Notes: generated from the sequence alone by a model not told the origin. Positions 47,455 through 58,350 are shown, counted from the first letter of the stretch. The stretch is DNA of 64,000 nt from Candidatus Woesearchaeota archaeon (GCA_018664115.1 JABJOX010000004.1:10089-74088); one strand, 5' to 3'. A program made the numbers and translations.

Positions 47455-48261
47455 TTGATAGTAATGAAACAAATAAAATCAATTTTGGCCGACGCCGATG
47501 GTACTCTGATCGAAGGAGGAAAGTTTCATAACTTTCCCGAAGAATTAAAAAGAGCTATCGCTGATATCCGTTCTGATGGAGTATTATTCAACTTAGCTTC
47601 TGGGAGACCTTTCTTTGAACAAGAGATTCTTTATGACCTTCTGATTGGAGATGAGAACAAAAACCCTCAAGAAGGGATCCTTTATGAGGGGTCATCATTA
47701 AAATTGTTTGATAGAGATGAACCTTTTGTTCTCGGGGGTTTAACTAAAGAACAAGTTCAAGATATTAAAACTTTTATTACAAAACATAATTTGTGCGATG
47801 GATTAGTTCCACAATCTAATAACGAGAAATATGAAACTCAAACTGGTTATGTGACTCCAACATTTATTTCTGATGGGAAAACTGATTCAGTTTTATTACA
47901 GAGCAGATTCCCAGCAACTAAAGATACAATTGAATCACAGTTCCCATACGCAGAAGTTTCTATGTCTGCCGATGCAATTGATGTTTTTGCGAGAGGTGTA
48001 ACCAAAGCCAAACCAACCGCAAAATATTCTCAAGTTACGGGCATTCCTTTAGATCAGATTGCCGTATTTGGCGATTCTGGGAACGATATGCCTATGTTTG
48101 AGGTTGTTGGTAAAGAAGGCGGATTAACTGTCTATGTGGGGACAAATCCAGAACAAGAAGAAACTATTCGATCTTACAAACATCATTTCATTCCAGAACA
48201 ACGGGGACCTTTAGGAGCCGTGAAAGGGATAGAATACATTTTAAAATTAAATAAAGAATAA
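47455..48261 (+). CDS. HAD-superfamily hydrolase, subfamily IIB (Cof-like sugar phosphatase)
   Basis: ILADADGTLIEG (motif I DxDGT) and VFGDSGNDMPMF (motif IV GDxxNDxxM). Confidence 0.7.
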   Translation: MIVMKQIKSILADADGTLIEGGKFHNFPEELKRAIADIRSDGVLFNLASGRPFFEQEILYDLLIGDENKNPQEGILYEGSSLKLFDRDEPFVLGGLTKEQVQDIKTFITKHNLCDGLVPQSNNEKYETQTGYVTPTFISDGKTDSVLLQSRFPATKDTIESQFPYAEVSMSADAIDVFARGVTKAKPTAKYSQVTGIPLDQIAVFGDSGNDMPMFEVVGKEGGLTVYVGTNPEQEETIRSYKHHFIPEQRGPLGAVKGIEYILKLNKE

Positions 48262-48275
48262 AAATTAAAAAACTT

Positions 48276-49409
48276 TCAACCTTTCAACAACTTTTTCCAA
48301 GTAGATTTCTTTTTCTTTCCTGCTAATTTCTTCCCACCAATTGCAGCCGCTTCTCTCTTAGCATCCCTGGTAACATTCCGAGCAATAACATCCATTCCAT
48401 GCGGGAAACTTGGCGCGTCCCAAGGGAAATTTTCTCCAGAAGTAAATTTCTTCCATAATCTCAAATCAGATTCTACCATCATTTTTACAAGTTCTTTAAA
48501 TTTAATTTCTGCTTCCCAACCAAGTACATCTCTCGCCTTTCTTGCATCTCCACATAATTGATGAACTTCCATTGGTCGATGTAATTTTTGGTCAGATTTA
48601 ACATATTTTTTCCAGTCTAAACCAACAACTTTGAATGCTTCTTCTGCAAATTCTCCTACAGAATATGTTTCCCCAGTAGCAATAACAAAATCATCTGGTT
48701 TATCATGCTGCATCATCATCCACATCATCTTAACAAAATCTCCAGCATAACCCCAGTCTCGTTTAGCGTCTAAATTTCCAAGAACTAATTCTTTTTGTAA
48801 TCCTAATTTGATCTTTGCTACAGAGTTAGTGATTTTTCTAGTAACAAACTCTAATCCTCTGAGTGGACTTTCATGATTAAATAAAATTCCATTACAAGTG
48901 AAGATTCCATAAGAATGACGATAAATTTTTGTCATGTGATAAGCATGCAATTTTGCTGCCGCATAGGGTGAGTTTGGCATCATTGGTGTTCTTTCATCTT
49001 GTGGACATTCTTTTGCTCCTCCAAACAGTTCTGAGGTAGATGCCTGATAAAATTTGATGTTTTTATTCAAATGCCTAATAATTTCTAAAAAACGAGTTGC
49101 TCCACTTGCATCAATTTCTGTTGTGTGTAAAGGCTGATCAAATGATGCTCCAACAAAACTTTGCGCAGCTAAGTTATAAATCTCGTCTGGATTGGAAACA
49201 GTAACCGCTTCTAATAATGAGGACATATCGCTTAAGTCAGCAGGAATCAAAGTAATTTTTTTCAATATGCCTAAATGTTGTAATCGCCAAAAGTTTGGTG
49301 AAGAAGTTCTTCGATAAGTTCCGTAAACTTTGTATCCTTTGCTTAATAATAATCTTGCTAAATATGGCCCATCTTGGCCAGTAATTCCCGTAATTAATGC
49401 TCGTTTCAT
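48276..49409 (-). CDS. gmd: GDP-mannose 4,6-dehydratase (second paralog) with Lys-rich C-terminal tail
   Basis: ALITGITGQDGPYLARLLLSKGYKVYGTYRRTS...NLAAQSFVGASF. The C-terminus AAAIGGKKLAGKKKKSTWKKLLKG is atypical. Confidence 0.85.
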   Translation of the reverse strand: MKRALITGITGQDGPYLARLLLSKGYKVYGTYRRTSSPNFWRLQHLGILKKITLIPADLSDMSSLLEAVTVSNPDEIYNLAAQSFVGASFDQPLHTTEIDASGATRFLEIIRHLNKNIKFYQASTSELFGGAKECPQDERTPMMPNSPYAAAKLHAYHMTKIYRHSYGIFTCNGILFNHESPLRGLEFVTRKITNSVAKIKLGLQKELVLGNLDAKRDWGYAGDFVKMMWMMMQHDKPDDFVIATGETYSVGEFAEEAFKVVGLDWKKYVKSDQKLHRPMEVHQLCGDARKARDVLGWEAEIKFKELVKMMVESDLRLWKKFTSGENFPWDAPSFPHGMDVIARNVTRDAKREAAAIGGKKLAGKKKKSTWKKLLKG

Positions 49410-49538
49410 GGTATTAATTGTCTGGGGAATGAGCGTTTAAAAAGCTTCTGGAACACTGAAATCATTACTAGAGAATATAAATGATGATTGTTAGAAGATA
49501 GTATCAATAACTTTAAAAAGTCTCATTTGAAGTTTTAA

Positions 49539-51026
49539 TTGATGGCTAATTATACAAAAAAAGCAATAAAAGGGGCAGGGATAACTTTAATCATGAGCAT
49601 TCTTGCTGCAGTTGTTGCTTATGTTACCAGAATAATTTTAGCAAGGAATCTTGGTCCTTATGAGTATGGGTTGTTTTCGGCAGTCTTCACTTTTATTATC
49701 TTCTTACTTTTTTTTCGTGATTTAGGATTGAGACAATCTTTATCAAAACATATTGCTGAATTTAAAGCAAAACAGGATTACAATCAAATAAAAACTGCTA
49801 TTAATGTAGTTCTCTTATTCCAACTATTTAGCTCATTAATGTTTGTTTTGATACTTTATTTCTTATCAGATTATCTCGCCATCAATTACTTCAAAGACAT
49901 CAATGCTTCTTTAGTATTAAAAATCTTTTTGCTTTATGTTCTTTTTAGTATTTTCTTTATTGTTTTGAAAGGAATTTTTCAGGGCTTCCAGAAAATGTTT
50001 TTTTTCTCTTCAGTTGAGTTTTCTAAGAATCTTATAATTCTAATATCTGTTTTAATTCTTTTTAAATTTGGATTTACTTTGCTTGCTCCCATCATTGCTT
50101 ATGCTTTAGTTAGCTTAATCCTTTTCATGATTTATTTTTATCCAGCATTAAAGATGTCACAATACTTTAAACATAACATTATCAATTTTAAAATCACTAC
50201 AAAAAAAGTTGTTTTGTTTGGGATACCTCTGTTGGCAGCTTCTTTTGCAGGAAAAATTATTGGTTATATTGATACTTTACTTCTTACTTATTTTGGAACC
50301 TTGACAGAAGTCGGGGTTTATAATGTTGTTTTGCCAACAGCACTAATTTTACTCCTTTTTGGCAGGTCTATTTCCGCAATCATTTTTCCCATGGCATCAG
50401 AATTGTGGGCTAAGAAAGATTTAAAAAGAATCAATGAAGGATTACGTTTAATTCATAAGTATTCATTCATCATTTTAACTCCCATAATATTTTCAATTTT
50501 AGTTTATTCTCAGATAATAATCAGAACATTTTTTGGTTCGGAATATGAATCTGGATATTTGGCGATGCAAATTCTATTAGTTGGAATGGCATTTTTTATC
50601 GTTGCGATGATTAATAATCAAGTTATTTCTGCTCTTGGTGAACCTAAATATGTAGCAAAGATAATTGCGGTCGCAGCATTTCTTAACATTGTTTTAAATC
50701 TATTTTTAATCCCAAAATACAGCATTAATGGTGCGGCTATAGCTACTTCCATCAGTTATTTTTTAATCTTATTTCTTTCTATGATCAAACTAAAGAAATT
50801 AATTAGAACAAAAATCCCTTCATTGATTTGGATTAAACAATTTATTTTAGCAGTTCTGTTTGTCATTGTCGTTATAATGGTAAAAAGTAATTTATCAGTT
50901 AACATTTATTTAGAAATCATAACTTCTGTTTTGTTTGCTAGTTTAATCTATTTTATAACTACTTATCTTTTTGGTTTAATTAACATTAAAGAAATAAAGT
51001 ATTATTTGAGGATATTAAGAAAATGA
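49539..51026 (+). CDS. Polysaccharide flippase (Wzx-like, MOP superfamily), second copy
   Basis: 495 aa, about 14 TM, Wzx-like. Confidence 0.7.
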   Translation: MMANYTKKAIKGAGITLIMSILAAVVAYVTRIILARNLGPYEYGLFSAVFTFIIFLLFFRDLGLRQSLSKHIAEFKAKQDYNQIKTAINVVLLFQLFSSLMFVLILYFLSDYLAINYFKDINASLVLKIFLLYVLFSIFFIVLKGIFQGFQKMFFFSSVEFSKNLIILISVLILFKFGFTLLAPIIAYALVSLILFMIYFYPALKMSQYFKHNIINFKITTKKVVLFGIPLLAASFAGKIIGYIDTLLLTYFGTLTEVGVYNVVLPTALILLLFGRSISAIIFPMASELWAKKDLKRINEGLRLIHKYSFIILTPIIFSILVYSQIIIRTFFGSEYESGYLAMQILLVGMAFFIVAMINNQVISALGEPKYVAKIIAVAAFLNIVLNLFLIPKYSINGAAIATSISYFLILFLSMIKLKKLIRTKIPSLIWIKQFILAVLFVIVVIMVKSNLSVNIYLEIITSVLFASLIYFITTYLFGLINIKEIKYYLRILRK

Positions 51027-52330
51027 GCGTTATCAATATGATTAAAGATGTACTTGAGAAACTTAACACAAATAATCTTTCTTATTGCATTCTAAGAAAC
51101 TATGACTTTTTATTAGAAAACAGAGCCCCAATAAAAGATTCTGAAAGAAGTATTGATTTGGTTGTTGCAGAAAATGATTATCTTAGATTCTCAAAAATCT
51201 TAAAGTCATTTGGTTTTAGAAAAAGAAAACAACAATTCTCACTTAAACATAAAGCCTTCTTTAAAATTAACGAAAATTTGGATGTAATCAGTTTTGACGT
51301 TCAAGTAGGAGGCGTGCATTGGAACGACATGTGTTATCTTGAAGAAAAAATTATTCTAAAGAACAGACTCAAAAAATCTTTCTTTTACATCCCACATGAT
51401 AATGATACTTTTGTGATGCTTCTTGTCCATTCCATTTTAGGTAAAAGATATTTTAAACCGGAATACCAGAAAATATTGCTTAACTTAATCTCTATTGTTG
51501 ATTACGATTATGTAAAAAAAGAATTATCTAGAATATTTAATAAAAATATTGCGGAAAAACTATTTAAATTAATAAAAGAAGATAACTTTGAAAAAATAGA
51601 TTGTTATCCACTTATATTTTTTTACATTATCAAGAAACCAAAAAACTTTTTCATTTTTACCACTTTATCCTGGCGTTATTTCCTGCAAAGAAAAAATCCT
51701 TTTCGAATTGGACCATTGATTAGTATTCTTGGTCCTGATGGCTCAGGAAAATCTACCCTAGTTAGAGAATTGAATAATCATCTTGTTCAACAAAACAGAA
51801 AAACTTCGCTGATTTATACTGGCAGAGGAAGAGACCATATTTTGCCAATCACTCATTTGGGTAGATCCTATAAAAAGAAAGAAAAAGATTCTTATGGAGA
51901 TAAAGAAAAACAATTGACAAATAAAACTTCATTTAAAACAAAGTTACTTTATACTTTTGCTGCCCCCGTTTTTACTTTGGATCTTTATCTCAGATACTGG
52001 TTAAGAATTTTTCCACAAAGATTTAAGAAAAAGATAGTAATTACTGACAGATATTGTTCAGACATCATTTTAATGAGAAATGTTCCATTCTTCTTTAAAA
52101 GATTTCTTTTAAGTTTGTTTCCAAAACCCACTATTTCAGTTTATCTTCATAACGACGCAGAAATACTTCATCAAAGAAGACCAGAAGAACCAGTTATGGA
52201 ATTAGATAGGCAAATGAATATTTTCAGAAAGTTTAATTATTCTTTAACTTTAAAAACTGATGATAAAAATTTGACTAAGGAAAAAAGTATTAATTATATT
52301 TTCTCTAAACTTCTTCGTGATTGGCGTTAA
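51023..52330 (+). CDS. Two-domain protein: N-terminal uncharacterised nucleotidyltransferase-like region (NTP_transf_5-like) + C-terminal P-loop NTPase/kinase-like domain
   Basis: C-terminal Walker A ILGPDGSGKSTLV. The N-terminal region (YCILRNYDFL...IDLVV) resembles uncharacterised nucleotidyltransferase families by eye only. Confidence 0.45.
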   Translation: MSVINMIKDVLEKLNTNNLSYCILRNYDFLLENRAPIKDSERSIDLVVAENDYLRFSKILKSFGFRKRKQQFSLKHKAFFKINENLDVISFDVQVGGVHWNDMCYLEEKIILKNRLKKSFFYIPHDNDTFVMLLVHSILGKRYFKPEYQKILLNLISIVDYDYVKKELSRIFNKNIAEKLFKLIKEDNFEKIDCYPLIFFYIIKKPKNFFIFTTLSWRYFLQRKNPFRIGPLISILGPDGSGKSTLVRELNNHLVQQNRKTSLIYTGRGRDHILPITHLGRSYKKKEKDSYGDKEKQLTNKTSFKTKLLYTFAAPVFTLDLYLRYWLRIFPQRFKKKIVITDRYCSDIILMRNVPFFFKRFLLSLFPKPTISVYLHNDAEILHQRRPEEPVMELDRQMNIFRKFNYSLTLKTDDKNLTKEKSINYIFSKLLRDWR

Positions 52331-52340
52331 TAATATTAAT

Positions 52341-53462
52341 TTAATTTTTTTTATCTTTTAATAATTCTTCATATAATTCAATAAATTGTTGAGTTATTTT
52401 CTCAACAGAGAATTCTTGTGATTTCTGATATGCTTTTTCAACCATCTCCAAATCAGGATTTTTTAAAGCATAAATAATTGTTTCTTGAAGAGATTCGACA
52501 TTTCCTGGCTTGGCCATAAAAACACAACCATCTGCAATTTCTCTTAGCTCAGGCAAATCTGTTGTTACAACTGGAGTTTTACATGCCATTGCTTCAAGTA
52601 AGCAAGAAGGATTTCCTTCAGTTCCTTCTAAATGTGGATAAGGTAAGATAACTAAGTCTGCCATGGCCACATAATCTTCTATTTTTACTTCTTCTGCAAT
52701 AAAATTAATTTGTCTTGCGAACCCTTTCATTTCAAGATAAGATTTGTATTTTAAAGAATAAGTAAAATTTCGTGGAATGCAAATAAATATGTTTTTTTCA
52801 TGTTCTTCCAATATTTTAGGTATTGCTTTTATAAGAATATTTGACCCTTTTATTTCCCATAGTGCTCCATAGTATAAAATTATTTTATTTCCTTCGTACC
52901 CATACTTCCTTTTTAAGGAAAGCCTTTTCAGAGGCATGAACTTATTATGATCAATAAATGATCTCACAACTCTTATCTTATCTTTTGGAACACCTTTTTT
53001 GATTAGTTTATCAGCATGAACATTTGTTGAAACAGTAACAAAATCTGCATATTTTAATAACCAGTAACATGAATTTGCAATATAGCTTATAAATTTATTT
53101 TTTTTCTTAATTTTTATATCCCTTATTATTGGATACGATTTTAAAGTATGTACTAATAATGGTTTTTTTGTGAACAGTTTTGTTAAAAGACTTCTTATAA
53201 ATAATGCAGGTGAGGAACTAACGCTGTAAATAATATCAATTTTTTTTTCTTTTCTCAGGAGAAAAGCTGGGCTGAATAATGTATGTAGGAATCCATTTTT
53301 GAATTCAATTATTGGAATATTTTTTGTATCGATGGTATGCCCTTTTTTCCCGATTATTTTTACATTATGTCCTTTTTCAATTAATTCTTGAGCAAGTTCT
53401 ACTGTTGTAAGAGAAGTAGCTTCTTTTTTCATTAGTCCAGTAGCAAGTATGATGATATTCAT
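52341..53462 (-). CDS. Glycosyltransferase family 4 (GT-B, group 1)
   Basis: EGNPSCLLEAMACKTPVVTTDLPELREI (E-x7-E motif region of GT4). Confidence 0.8.
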   Translation of the reverse strand: MNIIILATGLMKKEATSLTTVELAQELIEKGHNVKIIGKKGHTIDTKNIPIIEFKNGFLHTLFSPAFLLRKEKKIDIIYSVSSSPALFIRSLLTKLFTKKPLLVHTLKSYPIIRDIKIKKKNKFISYIANSCYWLLKYADFVTVSTNVHADKLIKKGVPKDKIRVVRSFIDHNKFMPLKRLSLKRKYGYEGNKIILYYGALWEIKGSNILIKAIPKILEEHEKNIFICIPRNFTYSLKYKSYLEMKGFARQINFIAEEVKIEDYVAMADLVILPYPHLEGTEGNPSCLLEAMACKTPVVTTDLPELREIADGCVFMAKPGNVESLQETIIYALKNPDLEMVEKAYQKSQEFSVEKITQQFIELYEELLKDKKN

Positions 53463-53592
53463 TTTATTTACAATTTAAATCCATCTTATAACCTAAATCC
53501 TCTTTTTCTCTTATTAAAAGAATATTGGAACTATGTTCATTATTGAACAATATTCCGAAAGTCTTTTAAATAATATTGAATAATAAAAAATC

Positions 53593-54132
53593 ATGCCTAT
53601 TAGTCCTAAAACAGTCAGTAAAATAACTCGCGTTGGTCTTTTAAATAGAATTTTTGGGAATATTTATTTGGGGTTAAGATTGTTTTATCAAGAAATGAAA
53701 TGCGCTGAATTTCGTAAAAAATATAATATTCATCCCTCATTTCGTTTTAATGGTCCAGGAACAATTTTCTATGGTGCTGGAAAAATATTTGCTGGTGAGA
53801 ATTCTTATATTGGGCGTTATAGTGCAATTTCTACATCTAAAGGAAATAAGGTGATTATAGGGAAAGGATGTGCTATTAGTCATTTTGTGATGATGTATAC
53901 TACATCAAGAAAAACTAATCAAGATTTTTCTCAGGTTCCGCACCAACAAGAGTTTGGAGATATTATTATTGGACCTTATACCTGGATTGGCGCTCGTGTT
54001 TTTATTAAACACGGTGTGACTATTGGAAAGAATTGCGTAATTGGGGCTAATAGTGTAGTGACAAAAGATATCCCTGATTTTTCTGTTGCTGTTGGTTGTC
54101 CAGCTAGAGTTGTGAAAAAGATAATTATTTAA
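53593..54132 (+). CDS. Left-handed beta-helix (hexapeptide-repeat) acyl/acetyltransferase
   Basis: Hexapeptide repeats WIGARVFIKHGVTIGKNCVIGANSVVTKDIP. Confidence 0.75.
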   Translation: MPISPKTVSKITRVGLLNRIFGNIYLGLRLFYQEMKCAEFRKKYNIHPSFRFNGPGTIFYGAGKIFAGENSYIGRYSAISTSKGNKVIIGKGCAISHFVMMYTTSRKTNQDFSQVPHQQEFGDIIIGPYTWIGARVFIKHGVTIGKNCVIGANSVVTKDIPDFSVAVGCPARVVKKIII

Positions 54133-54790
54133 TTATTTCTCTAATCAACATAAAAGTCTCTGCAGCTTCTAAACATACTTCATTTCCACGTTGTATGGCT
54201 TTTATTTCAGCTCCTTTTAATGATCGTGGATGAGGATATTCTCGCAATTCTGATTTATATAATGACATTGCTTCCCCTTTCTTTGCTAACTCTTGTGAGA
54301 TGTCAATATAAATATTAGGTATAAATGGTGTTGTATATGGTGATGATTGCTCAGTTTCACTTATAACTTCATAACTAAATATTTTTTTAATAAATGGGTT
54401 TATTTTTGGTTTAGCTGCAATTAAAGCACATTGAAAAGTTATTTGATGGTCTTTATGTAAATCCCCTTGATGTGGTATAAATAACTCGTTTGGTTGACAT
54501 TCTTCAATAATTTCTTTTAATTTATGATTAATTTCGTTTTGAGGTACGACATCTAGACTAGCAGCGATAAAATCACAAAAGAATACTTTTTTTATTCCAA
54601 TTAAATTTGCTACTCTTAGGACTTCTTTTCTCTTTTCTTCCAGGACTTCTTTTCCATAGTAAGTTTCTTCTCCTTTAGTCATAATACAAAGAAAAACTTC
54701 ATTTCCTGCTTTAATATTTTTAATTATTGTCCCTCCACAGCCAAGAACTTCGTCATCGGGATGGGGTGCAATTACAAGTATTTTTTTCAT
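54125..54790 (-). CDS. PIG-L/LmbE-family N-acetyl-sugar deacetylase
   Basis: ILVIAPHPDDEVLGCGGTI (PIG-L signature HPDDE) ... HKDH. Confidence 0.85.
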   Translation of the reverse strand: MKKILVIAPHPDDEVLGCGGTIIKNIKAGNEVFLCIMTKGEETYYGKEVLEEKRKEVLRVANLIGIKKVFFCDFIAASLDVVPQNEINHKLKEIIEECQPNELFIPHQGDLHKDHQITFQCALIAAKPKINPFIKKIFSYEVISETEQSSPYTTPFIPNIYIDISQELAKKGEAMSLYKSELREYPHPRSLKGAEIKAIQRGNEVCLEAAETFMLIREIIK

Positions 54791-55485
54791 TAGTAAAATC
54801 CTCCTGAATTTTTAATTATCTCTTTGCTTTCCTTTCCTTTGTTAAAGAGGAGATCAATAATCCCCATATTTGGAAAAAAATTATTATTATCACTGAATCT
54901 TTGTTCATATTGAGGATGTTCAAACCGCTGGTATACCAAAGAGATTCCTGCTTTATTAAATAAATTTTCATCTATATATCCTTTACTTCCTGGTCCGGAT
55001 ATGTAGGTGTTGGCATTGATTGATTTACAAATGTTTATTAATCTTTCATTAGATTTACCACTGATTTTTAATGATGATTCAGTTACGATTTTTATGTTTA
55101 TTCCTAGGTATTCTAATAAGTATTTAATAAGTTCTAAATCTAATTCATGTAATGTTAAGCTTTCTTTGTTTATTATTTTTTTTATTTTCGGAAAAATTTC
55201 ATTAAAATGGGGTGAATTTTTATAATAACATTCAATTGACTTAAGATGTTTTTTTCTCCAAGGTAGCTTATTATTTATTTTAATGTTTTTAATGATTTTA
55301 CTTTCTTTAATAAGAGGTATTGTTAACCACATATATCCATTTGGAGTTATAATTTTATTTCGATGTATAAATCCTTCTTTATTAAACTCAGTGTTATCCA
55401 TAACTACATAAACATCAGCCAATGATAATTTGTGGAAAAAACCAATGTAAGGGAAGTACTGTGGTTGATGTATTACTATTCTCAT
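54790..55485 (-). CDS. WbqC-like family protein
   Basis: MRIVIHQPQYFPYIGFFHKLSLADVYVVMDNTEFNKEGFIHRNKI...GYMWLTIPL matches the characteristic WbqC-like N-terminus. Confidence 0.65.
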   Translation of the reverse strand: MRIVIHQPQYFPYIGFFHKLSLADVYVVMDNTEFNKEGFIHRNKIITPNGYMWLTIPLIKESKIIKNIKINNKLPWRKKHLKSIECYYKNSPHFNEIFPKIKKIINKESLTLHELDLELIKYLLEYLGINIKIVTESSLKISGKSNERLINICKSINANTYISGPGSKGYIDENLFNKAGISLVYQRFEHPQYEQRFSDNNNFFPNMGIIDLLFNKGKESKEIIKNSGGFY

Positions 55486-55492
55486 CTTCTTT

Positions 55493-57217
55493 TCATTTTA
55501 AGTATGATTTAATTATTAGTTGACATATTTTAGTTGTTGCTTTTCCGTCAATTAGTTGTTGTCCTTTTTTTGACATTTCTCTTCGGGTTTCTGTATTTAA
55601 TATCAAGTTTCTTAGTTTCTCTTCTGCTTTACTTATAGTCCATTCATTCTTGTGTCCTAAATATATACTTACTCTTGCATCTTCAAAGGCCTTTGCAAAG
55701 AATTGCTGGTGATCATCATGATTAAAATCATAGGAAGCTGTTAAGCATAAGGTAGGAACACCACATCTCGCAAATTCATACAACACATTTCCACCGCCAG
55801 ATATGCCAATATCTGCTTTAATCATTAATTCTTTTATTTCTTTGACATTATGTAATATTGTGGTATTATCCACTGATTGATAAGTTTCAATTACTTCTTT
55901 TCTGTTTTGTTCACTTATTCCTGGTCCAAGAACCAAAGTAAAATTTTGTTCTGGAAATTTTTCAATTACTTCTTTTAACTTTAAAATCTGGAAACATTGA
56001 TCACCCCCACCTAATAAAACTAGAATCTCTTTAACATCTTCAACTATCTTTGTTGATACATCTTCAAATCCTTTCCTTAATGGCATGTAATTCAAACCCG
56101 AATAGTAGTTAGACTTTGTATTAGAAAAGTTTATTGGGAATGAGTTGATTATAAGGTCTCCTCTAACATTTCTTTCTTTCTCACTGTCGATGAATCTGAC
56201 TCTTAATGATTTACCAAATCTCTCGGAACTTGTATCATCTAAGTATTTTCTTAAATCAGTCACAATAATATCTGGATCTTCTTTAATTATTGATTCTTTG
56301 ATTTTTTCAGCAGGTAAAGAGGAATATCCATATTCATTCAGGAAGTTTCTTGCTTCTTCATTTGAAAAGAATAATATTTCTACTTTTGGTAACATTTCTC
56401 TTAATGATTCACAAATAGTAATACCTCTATATATGTGGCCCATACCTATTTCACCATCTCCATCAGCTCTCACAAATATTTTCAATCTTTTTTTTAAAAT
56501 TATTTCTGGATTAGCGCGTAAAGTTGAGAGAAGGTCTTCAGTTTTATAATAACCATTGTTAACCGGTGTTGTCATATCTACAATTGTTTTCATAAAGTCA
56601 AAATCATCTTGGGTGTCAATAGCAAAACTTATTCTAAAACTTCTTTTTTCTTTAGGAACACTAACCTGTAATATTTTATATTTATCTGGGTGTTGAAGTA
56701 TCCACTCGTCGAGATGTTCACGATGTTCATCGGTTTTAGCTAGTTGAACAGATTCTTTAAATGCTTTACGTGAGATAACTTCTGCTCCGCAAGGAAGCCC
56801 TTCCAAATGATAATAATTAGTACTTAAGTCGCAACCCTCTTTCTCGTGTGCTTCAATCAGGTTGTCAATCTCTTCATAGTCTAGGAAAGGCGAATCAGCA
56901 CAAACTCTAACAATGTTAACAAATTCAGGATTAAGATTTTCAACTATATCATTAAATCTTTCTAAGACGTTATCTTCAGATCCAAAATGTATATTTACTC
57001 CCAATTTTTGAGTAACATTTTCAAGAACCTTATTTTTCTGATCTTTAGAAGTGGCAAGGCAAATTTTATCAATTCTTTTACATCTCTGTAAGATGCTTAA
57101 GGCATGTTCAACAATGGGTTTTCCTCCGATTTCCATCATAATCTTATTTGGTAACCTAGTTGAACCCATTCTTGCTTGGATAATTGCAATTGTTTTTCTG
57201 GGATTATTAGTATACAT
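55493..57217 (-). CDS. Fusion: acylneuraminate/pseudaminate cytidylyltransferase (PseF/NeuA-like) + PseG-like UDP-sugar hydrolase (MurG-like GT-B)
   Basis: N-terminal AIIQARMGSTRLPNKIMMEIGGKPIVEH (CTP_transf_3). After about aa 245: KIFVRADGDGEIGMGHIYRGITI (PseG-like start) and a C-terminal GT-B half. Confidence 0.75.
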   Translation of the reverse strand: MYTNNPRKTIAIIQARMGSTRLPNKIMMEIGGKPIVEHALSILQRCKRIDKICLATSKDQKNKVLENVTQKLGVNIHFGSEDNVLERFNDIVENLNPEFVNIVRVCADSPFLDYEEIDNLIEAHEKEGCDLSTNYYHLEGLPCGAEVISRKAFKESVQLAKTDEHREHLDEWILQHPDKYKILQVSVPKEKRSFRISFAIDTQDDFDFMKTIVDMTTPVNNGYYKTEDLLSTLRANPEIILKKRLKIFVRADGDGEIGMGHIYRGITICESLREMLPKVEILFFSNEEARNFLNEYGYSSLPAEKIKESIIKEDPDIIVTDLRKYLDDTSSERFGKSLRVRFIDSEKERNVRGDLIINSFPINFSNTKSNYYSGLNYMPLRKGFEDVSTKIVEDVKEILVLLGGGDQCFQILKLKEVIEKFPEQNFTLVLGPGISEQNRKEVIETYQSVDNTTILHNVKEIKELMIKADIGISGGGNVLYEFARCGVPTLCLTASYDFNHDDHQQFFAKAFEDARVSIYLGHKNEWTISKAEEKLRNLILNTETRREMSKKGQQLIDGKATTKICQLIIKSYLK

Positions 57218-57219
57218 TT

Positions 57220-58263
57220 TTATGTCCGTTCAGTAATATCTTTCCACCTGATGAAGTCATCTTTTGCAATATCCTTATTAACTTTAGCACCTAGTATGGC
57301 CTCGTAATGTTGGGGCCAAATTCCTTTTCCTGGTCTTTTCACAATAGTATTATTTTCAGTAAGAACTTCACCTTTTTTGATATCTCTCCAGGCAATAAAG
57401 CTTTTTCTGAATCCTTTGGCAGTCTTTTTTTCTCCATCTAGTATTTTCTTTTCTGCTGAACCCAAAGCAGCTTCTGCTATTCTAATGCCTTTACACATTT
57501 CTCTGAATTCATTTGGTTCTAAAGCAAAGAAAGTGTCTGTCCCTGGGTCATTTCTGGAAAGGCAAAAATGTTTCTCAATCATATTTGCACCAATTGCAGC
57601 CGCAGCAATTGGTGTATAGATGTCTGCTGTATGATCTGAAAAACCAACTGGAACGCTAAAAGCAAGTTTATACATTTCCATTACTCTTAAATTTGCATCT
57701 TTGGGGTCATTCGGATAAATAGAAGTTGTTTGAAATAATAAGATGTCTTTGTTTCCTTCTTCCTTAATTGCCTCAATTGCCATTGAAATTTCTGTCATTG
57801 TTGAAATTCCAGTTGACATGAAGATGGGTTTACCTTTTCGTGCAATATACTTTAAAAGAGGGATATTTGTGATTTCGTCTGCGCCAGTTTTGTAGGCATC
57901 GGTCCCTAATTCTTCTAGAAAATCAGTTGTTTCTCGACAACTTGGTGTGGAAAATATAATCATTCCATTTTCTCTAGCGTAATCAAAAATTTGTTGATGT
58001 GACTCTTTATTTACTTCAAATTTTTTACACACCTGGTATTGGTCAATTTCTCCAAGGCCTTTTACTTCAAATCTGGATTGTGGTTGGGCAATCTTATCTG
58101 CAAAGTAAGTTTGTAGTTTTATGGCATCTGCACCAGCGTCTTTTGTATAATCTATCATTTTTTTAGCTTGCTCAATAGTCTCATAATTCCCACCTATTTC
58201 AGCTATTATAAAAATAGGTTGATTTGGTCCAATTATTCTATTAACAACAGTGACTTGTTTCAT
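57220..58263 (-). CDS. Nonulosonic acid synthase (NeuB/PseI/LegI family) with C-terminal SAF domain
   Basis: IAEIGGNYETIEQAKKMIDYTKDAGADAIKLQT (NeuB signature) and a C-terminal antifreeze-like domain (KKGEVLTENNTIVKRPGKG). Confidence 0.85.
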   Translation of the reverse strand: MKQVTVVNRIIGPNQPIFIIAEIGGNYETIEQAKKMIDYTKDAGADAIKLQTYFADKIAQPQSRFEVKGLGEIDQYQVCKKFEVNKESHQQIFDYARENGMIIFSTPSCRETTDFLEELGTDAYKTGADEITNIPLLKYIARKGKPIFMSTGISTMTEISMAIEAIKEEGNKDILLFQTTSIYPNDPKDANLRVMEMYKLAFSVPVGFSDHTADIYTPIAAAAIGANMIEKHFCLSRNDPGTDTFFALEPNEFREMCKGIRIAEAALGSAEKKILDGEKKTAKGFRKSFIAWRDIKKGEVLTENNTIVKRPGKGIWPQHYEAILGAKVNKDIAKDDFIRWKDITERT

Positions 58264-58350
58264 TTTAATCTCTTTTATTTAAAATTTTTCATTTAAATAT
58301 TTTATGAATAAGAATACTATTTTTTTAACAATAGACTTTTCATAATTCAT

